Assembly: GCA_001949185.1 (NCBI GenBank)
Contig: BDGG01000017.1
Location: forward strand, 558,001-622,000
Source: Ramazzottius varieornatus
Taxonomy: Eukaryota > Animalia > Tardigrada
Length of the DNA: 64,000 nt
Direction: 5' to 3'
Shown: positions 50,284-61,118 of the stretch, piece by piece
Numbering within the stretch: the first letter of the stretch is position 1
Layout: each line of letters opens with the position of its first letter
Program-made: the position numbers and the translations under genes
Notes under the pieces: generated by a model
What the model saw: the letters and a program-made list of their open reading frames with translations, nothing else
Told to the model about the DNA's origin: nothing
Databases searched by the model: none

Positions 50284-50507
50284 ATCAGTCAACCGCTTCA
50301 TCGTGTATTTTACCTTCCGGCAAGGCGAAGTACTACAGCAGCTCATCAGTGGCAACTTCATGATAGTGAAGTTCTTTGTTACACAGTATCCGTGAAAATT
50401 ATCGATGCGAGGTAGTGAAAAAGGCCATAGCTAAGAGAAACTCCATCACTTCCGTCGAAACACTCATCGCGAAAAGGTGTATAGTAACTTCAGTAGCTTG
50501 AAAATGG

Positions 50508-52815
50508 TTAGCGTCTCGAAAGCCGTACGAAGACACCGTTCCTAGGATTGATCGTCGCTGTGGACTGCTGCAGTTGAATTTCCGGCTACGAAAAGCCCGT
50601 TAGCATGGTTAAAGCACCACGGTCAGTGACGGTCTCAAAAGAATGGTGCATTTCGAAGCTTGCTTTCTCGCCACGTTACTCCCCACATACCTCGCTCATT
50701 TCACATGTATCCAGCCGGTATCGCTTGAGGATGCGAATGAAAGCAATCTTAACTTCCAGAAGTGCGAACCTGCAAATAAACAAGATGGCTGATGACGTAC
50801 CGGTGAACTGTCTCGGAAGCGAAGGGCGGAACAAGGACCAGCGACTCGATTGTTCACCTCATGCCGATGCAGTTACGGGGTCCGGCACCGAAGGGCATGT
50901 AGGACATGGGGTTGATGGAAGGCTTGTTCTCTTCGGAGAACCTCTCGGGGACGAATTCGTAAGGTTGGTCCCAGACGGCCGGGTCGTGCTGCAGGTACCA
51001 GACGGGAACCTCGATGCCGGTTCCTTCGGGAACGATCTGGCCGTTAACGTTCACCGTTTCTGAAGCCACTCGCGTTACAAAACTACAGAGGTAACACAAA
51101 AATAACGTTAACGTGATTCTGTGATGTAAATGGTGCGGTACCTTGTGACAGGAGGAAACAAACGCAACGACTCCTCAATGACCATTTCCAAATAGGCTGC
51201 TTTTTGTGCTTGTTCGTAGTCGACCTTCTCGGTATGGCCAAAGAGCTCGACGATTTCTTCGTAAAGTCGCTGTTGGATCTCTGGGTATTTGGCCAGCAGG
51301 TAAGCAGTGAAGCCTAAGCAGTTGGCCGTAGTCTCGAAGCCCGCCAGGAGGAAGACAAACGAGTTGCCGATCATTTCCTCCTCCGTCAAGTACTTTTTCT
51401 GCACTTCCCCGTGGCCGTTCTTTCCATCTTCCGCAGTACCTCCCTCCTTGTTTTCGCTGGCTTCTAGCATCAATTGGATCATATCGGCATGGTTGGTGGC
51501 ACTTCCGGCTTGCATCTGAGCTCGCCGAAGTTCGATTGTCTGGCGCAGGTTGCTGGTCAGGATACGTCCTCGTTTGAAGTTGGGAGCGACAAGCAACATG
51601 ATGGGTCCTATCAGGAAGTTGAACTCGGGAAACATTTCTACAGAAAGGAGAGCGAAACTTGGTTGACCAATTACTCCATCCAATTTACACTGATAACGTT
51701 GTAGGGTGACACAGTATATGAAACCTACGGATGATTCTGATGAACAAGTTGTTGGCGTTGCGGAAAAGGGCTCTGGTATTTTCCAGGAAAATATCTTTGG
51801 GGTTTCTTTGGCAGTTAACTTCCATGGCGAACGCACAGCTGCCGATCACGTCCAGCGTCAGTCCCTGGAAGAGTCTAGAAAAAGTCAAACCAATTTTCTG
51901 GTCAAGTTTCTTCAGCACATAGTTTTCACCACAGAGAAAAGACTGCTGCATCACCCGTAAATATCAGTCACTTCATTCGCAGCGCATTTCTCCTCCACAA
52001 TGGACAGCAAGATATCGATCATGTTGTTGATTTTGGGCGACATCTGCAAAGGAACGACGCAACAACGTAAGCATACGTAATTTGAGGCCGCGCATAAAAT
52101 GACAACTCTGTCTGATAAAAATACCATTTTCATTTTCTTGGCCGTGAAAGTGGGCGACAGAGTGCTGCGGACGCGCTTCCAGTCGTCACCCGTCAGAACG
52201 GTTAGATTCCCTCGAAACGAGACGGGCAACCTCTTCCTTGAACTCGTCATAATCTGAAGGGTAAAAGTGGGAAACCCTGGTAAAGAGGCAGTTGGTGCTA
52301 ACAAAATTGATGGCCATTCTTACCGTGCGATCGGAGAAATGAGCAAAGTCTTTGATGAGAATGGTCTTGAGCATCTCATGGTCGGCCACCATGAGGATGC
52401 GCGAGGGTCCTCCTCGATAGTAACCAAACACCGGCCCGTACTTCTTGATCCAGTCCGTCACAACTAGCCAGGAACCCTGCAGAGGCCCAATTCGACATCT
52501 CGTCAGATTAATAAGAAGGAGTACGAATACCATAGGGAAGAAAAGCATCACCTTTCCCGAACTCATCAGCTCGTCATAATTCCCGTTGAATAAGCTTGGC
52601 GTCGGACCCGGAACTCCCAAATCCGAAAAGTAGCGAAACTTTGACTTGCGATACCTGGAAAAACACAATGGCTACTTCGATGTGAGAAAACTATCGCTAA
52701 TGTTCAATGGGTGATATTCACGGTCAGAGGGAAAAACCTACACAATCCACAAGAGAACCAGCGGCAAGGCGAAGATGAAAGTCCATATCGTCGAGGAAGA
52801 TCCTAGCATTTCCAT
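50508..52815 (-). CDS. Cytochrome P450, CYP3 clan
   Basis: N-terminal anchor, GVPGP, WKRVR (WxxxR), AGFETT, ESLR (ExxR), PERF, PFGAGPRNCIG heme motif. Ten in-phase exons. Confidence 0.95.
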
Positions 52816-53249
52816 CCTGGAACTGGTCAGCTACAGCATGTAATGGAGATTGATAAGGACGATACAGCCCGAGAAACCAAAACACACTGGCAGACAGAAA
52901 GTGCTAAGTCAGGATGATGTTGCTGGAAAGTGGAAAGGCCAAAGAAGTTCAGTACTACACCAGAACACACGTGCAGTCTACCGCACTTTGGCGAAGAAGC
53001 AGTGAAACGCCTTTATGGACTTAATCTTCCAGACAGATCGTATCGATAATGTTTATGACCGGTCGATACGGCATCTCGTAGTACTGCCAAGCCACCGTGT
53101 GAGTACCGAAAGAAGGGAGCTTATCGTTAAAAATTTTCCCCGCGCTGAAAACCTCAAGGAACCGAAGAAGTACTGCAACAGAAAACTAATCGAATCATCC
53201 GACAAAAATCGCTCTTGTACAGCGGCACACTGTTTGTACCATGGACGAA

Positions 53250-54802
53250 TTACAATACACGCGAATTAGTAACAGACCAATCCAGAACCGCCTTTTCCGC
53301 GCCCTTGTACAGAATGGTCTTTGCTTCCTCGTCCAACAAGAGTTCCGAGTCTTGGGCGAACTTGAGCATTTCTCCAGTCCATAGTAAGCAGACTATAGCC
53401 AGACTGACAGGCCACATACTTTGCGCGCTTTTGGAAAACTTGTTGAGGCGTTTCACAGTTCGCTCGCCTTCTTTGGTGCCGGGCAGTATCGAGTTCTTGA
53501 ACTTGGCAATCCACAGATGAGCATGTCTCTTCTCCGAGTACCTGTGAATGGCCTGGTAGACATTTTCCGTAATAGTCGCGTCACGTCGAGCTTTCGCTAA
53601 CGTGTTACAAAAGTCTTCAATTTCTTGCTCGTTATACTTGCGTTTCTGTTGCACTTCCGGCTCGACCTTCTTGGTGGCAGCTTCCTTCTTCTGCGCAGGA
53701 ACACTCTTGTACCACTGCAGTATTTCATCTGTCGCTTTCTTGTACATGTCCGTCTTGGTCTCTTCGTCCAAGGTTAGCGGGATACCTGCCAGGAACTGTA
53801 GCACGTCCTTATTCCACAGCAAGTAGGCCACTGCCGTCCTCACGCCGAAATGCCCCCTACTACCTCTCAAAAAGACCTTGGCTTGAGCCACCACAACTTT
53901 TCCCGATCTCCGCAGTGACACGATACGGTTCTTGTGCTGCACCAGCGTGTCCGGACGATGCTTTACTTCGGCGTATCGCTTTATGCCGTTGTAGACATCA
54001 TCCGAAGCGAAGCCGTCAACGCGAAGCTTCTCCAGTGCCTGCCAAAACTGCTTCTTCTGTGAACCGACGTTCGAGGCAACGTCGGCAACTGCTCGTAACT
54101 TCTTCACATCTGCCTCAACCGACTTGTCTACCATACCTGTAAGAGATCCATCGTGATAAGTATCCTAGTTTGTCCACCGAGTCAATCTTTTCTCATCAGA
54201 GAACTGATAAATCATAACACTCACCCAACTTTGCTTCCACAAAAGCCGAAGGAGTCAGTGCCAGATATCCGCCCTTGCACGAAACTTTGTCCCAGCTTTT
54301 GAGTGTGTCCACGCCGCACTTCAGTTTGACTTCCAGCTACTTCAGACCATCCACAGATTCCGGCATTCTATAAAACAAACGAAGATAATCACCTATCCGG
54401 AATTCAGCGTACGTGCGTACTGAAACTATGCTCAACTCACGTGTATGCAGCTTGGAAGAAAGACCACAAATCATCGACAGTGGCTCCCTTGGGTTGGAAG
54501 TCAGCAATTTCCTTCAGGGACTGCAGGACAGCGCCTTCCATCTGCGTGCTACTGTTAATGTCCGCGTCTCTCTTGCTTTTAACCACCATCTTCCAGCCAA
54601 TAACCGAGAACTTGACCAGGCTGGAATCCTCCAAGTAGCCGTCAAGCCATTTCTGTCCATGTTCCCGGAAGAGCGCCACGCATCCTTCCATGGTTGGCAC
54701 ATCGTTCTTCTTCTCCGTGATGGTCACGGCATGCTTCATCACGATGGCCACCGCTTTCTCCAGTCGATCTTGCTCCTTAACCTTCGACGCCGCTGAAGCC
54801 AT
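53250..54802 (-). CDS. Unrecognised protein: H15/winged-helix-like segment plus two tandem 112-aa domains; in-frame TAG at 54337-54339
   Basis: Exons 54802-54441, 54367-54225 and 54136-53250 join in phase. Gapless internal repeat. One stop codon in exon 2. Confidence 0.7.
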
Positions 54803-55241
54803 GGCCGCCGCTGTACTCGTTGATTCCACAGTGTGCAAACCTGCAAAGTAAAGAACAGACAACCGGCGTCCACAAAGTGCAAAGTTTTCCAGAAATTCCC
54901 CAAGAATAATGAACAACGAAGAGTCAAGACGGTTCTGCATGCAAATCAACAACAAAACAATCAATCGTTTGATCTTCGAAGTTGAGTCTGTTGACCTGTG
55001 GACACTGGACAGTTGAGTTGACCATGCATGAGCGGCTGAATATGGCCTTCCAGTGCTTGCACAAACGATTTGTAGTGTCCTTCGCCCAATCAACCATAAG
55101 TGCTTGCAGCATCCAAGCCAATCAACGCCACGCAAGGCCATATTAAGCAGCTCATCTATCACTCTGAGCTCGTCCATGAGCTCATAAGAAAAGAGCTCTT
55201 CTCGTTTACTCCAGTCCAGGTGGAATCTCCGGACCTCGAAC

Positions 55242-58200
55242 ATGGCCTCCGGTTCGGACATCTTCCACGACGTGCTGCTGAGCTACCCTTCATACTCGAG
55301 CAGCAGTGTAAGTGCGCAAAGCCAGCTGAGAGAGCAGCAGCTGCGCGCGTTGGATCTCTCCTCCATTCGACAAGATGCCATTGCCTCCATCCAAGCGCAG
55401 TAAGATGATTAGTCTGCTCGTAACCTGATAGGTTAACCCATGTGCTACCTTATCTAACTTTTTCCGTCACAGGAAGAAGCTCACTGCTAAGGAGATCGCT
55501 CAAGAGAACTATCTCTCCCTCCTATTGCCCGAGGACACCTCAAACTTCGGCCATGTGGTCGGTCAGAGGAAAAGCCTCAACGTCAGCTTTTGCGAAGAAG
55601 ATATGGCTCTACGAGTTCGCCTCGTTGTTCGGGAACTCATTCGACTCTCCACTTTACACAAGCATAAGCAGGTATGTCGATGAAGTGTAACACGGGTGGG
55701 TTGCTCCATCGACTTCCGGCCGGATCCCGTGCACAAACTTGACAAGATTGTCTAAGTGGCGCACGCTTACAGCTAACAACACCGGGAATGTACGCCACTT
55801 GGGAAAACAATCTGGCCGATTCTGTCTGCCGAGCTCCCATCAACGTTATATCAGTATTATGCTGTGTACAACTGCAGCCATTTAACCTGGTTGTTTTCTG
55901 CAGCCCCTCGGTTCTGTGAGCGACAGCGGTGCGTCGGCGCCGAAAGGAGCTGCTGGACGAAAGGGTTCGGGACAGTGGGGATGGCGCATCTTCCCTTCGG
56001 ATATCTTTTCGTCCACCTCCACCATCCACCTCCTGTCCGAAACAGTGACTTTCGTCTCCACAGGTGCTGGACCCCAGTCAGTCGTTTAAGTGTCTGTGTC
56101 TAGGTCGTCCTGGTCATCGTAACCCAAACTTTGCATCTTCCAGAGTTGAAAGATGTGATTTCACTGGAGGACGTCTGTTTGAGTATCCTGCATACACCGC
56201 ATGGACTTTTCCTTCTGCGTGACGTCCTCGCACGCCAACCACAGCACGTTTTGACTGGTGAGTGATGACTGCAGTTGCGCAAGAAAGAGTATGGCTTTGG
56301 TACTTACCATGTTTTTTTGGGGTTGATTGTCTCAACTTTAACTTTGTTGCAGTAAGTACGCTTCTAATGAATCAGTGCAGCGGAGACGATGCCGCCGACG
56401 CAGCCAGCATCTTCTTCAGTCGAGTTCTCTTGGCCTTGTGCCAATCTTTTGCCCAGTATGCAACGGAGATACAACGGATACTTGTGAGTATCTGACCGCC
56501 GAGCCCTAGAGTGATGATTGCTAGCGTTGAATGAAAAACTAACTTTTCTGTTTCCGGTTTAGGTCTCCCAACAGAGGTTTCTCTGCCTGCTAATGGCTAC
56601 CACTCTTCTGTGTGGTCAGGAAAAGGGGACAACGGATGCGGACGTGGTCAGTCTCTTCCAGAAGTTACTTCATTCCGATGACGCTGGCACAAACACCGCT
56701 GCTGGTGACTTCCGGTCCAAATGCCTCGTTAATTGCGTATGTGTGATGTTGTGCTAATTTTCTTCGCACGAATACATCCGACGGATGAGTGTTTCTTTTT
56801 GCATGCAGAGTCGAACGCCGGTTTTTGCAGCTTGTCGCGCTCAGCTGCTGGTGCATGCCTGTCGTCTCCTGCCCTCCACCGCGGCAACGACATCGCCCAC
56901 CTCTCCACAGCCTGACGAACCTCCTTCCAGTGAAGCGCATCTGGCCGCTGTCATCTCCCTGCTCAACATCTACATCCACTTGCGGGAAACGTCTACGCAG
57001 TTGCAGTTGACGGCGGAAGAGTACCGGCTCATACGGCGCCTGTTGATGTGTCGCCCGCAGCAGTTGTCGGTCCTGTCCAACCAGTACATCATCCTGACCC
57101 TCTGTGCCTTCACGCTTCTGCCAGACCTTTTTGCTGACCATATGGCCGAAGTAGAGTTTATTGATTGGGTTAAATGGCAGTTGGCCGTCGATGTCCAAGC
57201 CCTGGATCTTGTCATCCCCGAGGTTAGTACATATCATCCGGTTGTATTTGCCGCAGCTGATATTTCGTCACAAACATGCATACAACATTAAGTGTGGATT
57301 GATGGTTCTTTGTATGCAGGTACTTGCAGCATATCCGATGTATCGCCTAATTTATGGTTTTCATCTTGGCAGGGCGGTACTCATCTAGAAATTTTCCTCC
57401 TGCTGGCGTCGCACCTTCGCGCAGCTCACTATAAGGATGTCTCTCTCATTCTTAATGAGCATCTAGGCCTGAAGGTAAGCAAATTCTCTTCCGTTGCTCT
57501 TTCTGTGATGAAGCCTACCCGGAAGTCGTTGATATCTTTTACAACGTAGATTGCCCTGAAAGCTAACCAAGTGGTCCGGCTAAGGAACCTCCTCAACAAC
57601 GAAGTCTTCAAGGAAGAGGTTGACTGTCGTCTGTTTGGGTCATCGTGTAAAGTTACGAGGGCTTCACACTGGTCTATTACAGGCACTACTACGACACACG
57701 TTGCGTGTACCGCCAACCCAGAACTTGACGTCATCCTTGACCGGTGCCTTGCCCATCAACTGCATCCACAGCTTGCTGCAGAACAGAAACTACAACGTGG
57801 CTTACAGCCAGCAGATCAAAGAGTGGATCTTGACGCAAGTCCGCAAGTGCAGTGTCCCTCTTCATCCCGCTATGCTGCAAGTCCTGGCTCTACAAATTGA
57901 GCGAACCCTTCCGACCATCAGGTAACCTACAGATTGCTGACGTCTGGCATGCTGTAGTCTGAGACTGCTTGAGTTGGGTTCCGAAAATTAACCGTCGATA
58001 ATGAGCGTGACATTTAAACTGGAGTCTAATTATCGCGTGACCACTAACAACGTTCGTTTGGCCTCATGCAAATTTCATTGGCCAATGTCATCTGGCTCCA
58101 TCATAAGTAAATAATTATGGACTTTTCACTTACGAGTAGGAGAAGCAGTGGGGAGAGTATGGCAGAAGAGTACGTCAGCTTGCAGAAACCGTTCAGCGCC

Positions 58201-60897
58201 GAAGAAATCTGCGGGGTGCTGTACGGCATTGATCCTGTGCCCAGTAAGCGAGCTATACGCTTGCTCCGTCCTGCCGACCTCTTCCGTCAACTGGCTGCCC
58301 GCCATGACGATGCCGCTAGCCACTGTCCCAGTATCCTCATGGTCTACTACCTCTTGGCTTTTAAGGTCTTCTATCAACAACACCTCAAAACCTTCCGTAC
58401 GTACCGGCCAAGCTGAACGAGACTTGAGTCAACAACGTTGACAAAATCTTTTTCCGAATGACACGCTTCCGCCTAATAACTGTGCAAATGTGCGTCACTT
58501 AAGAAAAACAGTCTTGTCGACTTTCCAAGTGGCGTACGTTGTCACTAGACAACACAGAGAAGGTGCGCCACTAGGGAAAGCGAACTTGTCCAGTTTGTTT
58601 GCCAAGTACGCAGACGATGATGACTTGATGAGTCTACTTGTATGTAATTGCAGTGACATCGAAGAGCGATATTGGAAGCTACGGATTGGATGTGATGGAA
58701 AAGATTCCCTTCCAGTATTACTTGAGCCTGGCCGAGCGTTACTCGACGCTGTACGATCCCCTGCACGACATCCTCAACCGACTGATGGTGCAAGTCCTTC
58801 CGCAAATGCGGACGCTGAATCAAGCGGGCGAAGCCTTGCTCAACGAGGCAGCTCTCGTTGGTTCCTACATGCCTCTACGCCTAGGTTGCGCTGCTCTTTC
58901 CTTGTTTGTCAAGGATGTGACTTTTAGGTTGATGAATGTCTTCCTCTTGCAGACAAGTTACAAGAGTTGACTGAAGAAGACTTGGAGGAGCTGTCGGTGG
59001 AAGATATGGCTCGCTTCCTGGATGTCCTCTGTACGTGTCCGCCCAGTAGCTTGACCCTCTTGCTGGACGTCTTTGTCAGGCTGCTGCCGCGGATATCCTC
59101 GCTGGCTGAAGAGCTGCCCTCCTCCACCTCTGAGGCCTTCGAGAAAGTGTGGATGCAGCTAGCCAACATCGAGGCCAACACGTGAGCCTCTCCTTACTTT
59201 GCTCCAACTTGTCCCTTATCAGATGTCATTGCTGTAGATTGTTACTGGCGACGGCCAGGTCCTTTCTTGCATTGAATGGCCATAAGGACGGACAGAATCT
59301 TACCTTTGACAACCTCTGTCTTGAGCCTCTGCACATACTGCGCTGCCATCCTCTCGTCTTCCGGTTAGTCACTCTACAAACCCACACATTACTCTCCATC
59401 AAATTCGGTCGTTGGAAAATAGAGGCAGTAAATGATAGGGAAGACGCGATAATAGCCTTAGCGGTTTCTTCTTACAGGAAAGCTTTCCTGACACGAATAC
59501 TGCTTCGGACCTTTGCTTTCTTCCTGCGAGCTTCGGACAAGTACCTCAGTGAAGAGTTGGAACGGGCCGAACTGGAGCTGGTGATGAAGCAAGGGTTGGA
59601 CAAGGGGGAGATGGGTCGCGAAGAGCAGAAGCGAACCATGTTCATGCTGCAAGAGAGCCTGGCCATCCAGATCCTCGTCGAGCACTGCTTACCCCTAACC
59701 ACCGACAAGGCCACTGCCCCTCTCGACGACAGCTCGGCCTTCCAGTTACCCCAAGACTTGAGCAGCAGCCAGAAGGCCATCTGTGGCTACATCCACCACG
59801 CTATCCTCAACAATGCCACCTTGGCCAAACTCGTCGTCTTTCAAAGTAAGCTTCTTCCTAGTAAATACTTATCCATAATCATGAGGAGAAAGGGCAAAGC
59901 TATCATTGTGATGAAAAGTCATAGAAAAGAGGAGGACTTTGTCTTACATGATACGTATTAGCTCTATCTGAATTGCTTTGGCTTTGTGCTATAATATACA
60001 ATAAGTATCTAGTATAATTTTGACAGTATGCCATGACTTTTGCAGGTTTCCCGATAGCGGCAGTAGCGGTGATCGTTGCCGGTGTGGAATCGTTGCACAT
60101 TTGCTTCGACTACCTGCACGAAGCCTTGGCGCTACCGTCCCTCAGCAAGAAACTCTTTGTTCTGGAGCTGACTTCCTGCCTCTGTCTGCGCTTCCGCTTG
60201 ACACGAAGTCTGGCCATCGCACGGCTGGCCATCGACGTCATCGCCACCATTCTGACAGCCTTCCCTGCTCAGCTGCGGCAACTCTCTATTGTCCAGGTAC
60301 GGTCTCAATGCATTACACTGCATATTTCTTGAATGGCAGCTTGGATCGCTTGGCAAACAGACTCGACAAGATCGTTGTCCGCAAGTGGCGCACCCTTCTA
60401 GCTAATAACACGGCAAGTGTGTGCCACTTGGGAAAACAGTATTATCGAGTTTCCAAACGGCGCATGTTTCCTGTGTTATTAACCGAGAGCGTGCGCCGCA
60501 GAAGGATTCGACAAGAATGTCTGTCTGACTGGCGCACGCTTCCACGCAATAACATAACAAAGGTGCGTCACTTGAGTTAGCACTCTTGTTGGAGTTGGTG
60601 GAGCTCTGGAATAATGCTGCTTCTCTCTTGTGTTTACAGACTGCCGCTCGCTGTCTAGCCCGCTTCGCCAACGCCTTCCCACCACTTCGAGCGGATTGTC
60701 TGCAGCTGCTGCATCAGATCCTGACTGCTCACCAAGCCCAACTGCACTGCCTGACCGCTGTCGGCAAGACCAAGCTTCTGGCTCATACTGTCTTCAGTGC
60801 CGCTCCCAACGGCAACAACGGGAGTCAGACGGAGCTTCTCTTACGGCAAGCCATCACCTGCGCTTCGGGACATACACCGCTGATGGACAGACGCTGA
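55242..60897 (+). CDS. INTS2: Integrator complex subunit 2
   Basis: LRVRLVVRELI, LRVPPTQNLTSSLTGALPINCIHSLL, IKEWILTQ...PLHP, QESLAIQILVEHCLP, LAKLVVFQ, SLHICFDYL and SLAIARLAIDV align with INTS2 as recalled. Junctions are in phase; the start codon is uncertain. Confidence 0.9.
55725..55838. repeat. GTGGCGCAC palindromic element (one unit) in INTS2 intron 55672-55903
   Basis: AAGTGGCGCAC-N25-GTACGCCACTTGGGAAAACAATCT...GCCGAGCTCCC. Confidence 0.85.
58420..58607. repeat. GTGGCGCAC palindromic element (two units) in an INTS2 intron
   Basis: CAAGTGGCGTAC-N25-GTGCGCCACTAGGGAAA...TTGTCCAGTTTGTTTGCC. Confidence 0.8.
60335..60580. repeat. GTGGCGCAC palindromic element (three units) in INTS2 intron 60297-60639
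   Basis: Three successive GGCGCA...GTGCGCC-like units. Confidence 0.85.
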
Positions 60898-61118
60898 AGC
60901 TGTACAAGTAGGAAAACAAAAGTTCACTGAAGATAGATTTAATGACTTCTTTTCGGTGCTTCTGTTCTACACAGGTCTTTCAGATATACATGTTTCATTT
61001 TCCTTAGGATTACTGTTCCAGTAGTGGCTAAATCATGTTTTATCGACACAGCGAAAGAGGAGGAAAGTAAGGCCAAAAATATTCGTTGAGGTTGCTGTGT
61101 CTGTTGTGGGAGAGATGG

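Noticed and set aside
2594-54339. Stop-codon reassignment (alternative genetic code)
   Set aside because: Only one internal TGA and one internal TAG were found. TGA, TAG and TAA all terminate intact genes in the window, and long conserved genes have no internal stops.
54437-55261. 274-aa ORF extending the winged-helix-like gene to 55261
   Set aside because: The upstream part crosses an acceptor-like site near 54842 and overlaps the INTS2 start. The ATG at 54802 is the more plausible start.
60335-60580. Repeat-spacer-repeat units as a CRISPR-like array
   Set aside because: Spacers are homologous to each other rather than unique, the arms are inverted, there are at most three units, the context is a eukaryotic intron and no cas genes are present.
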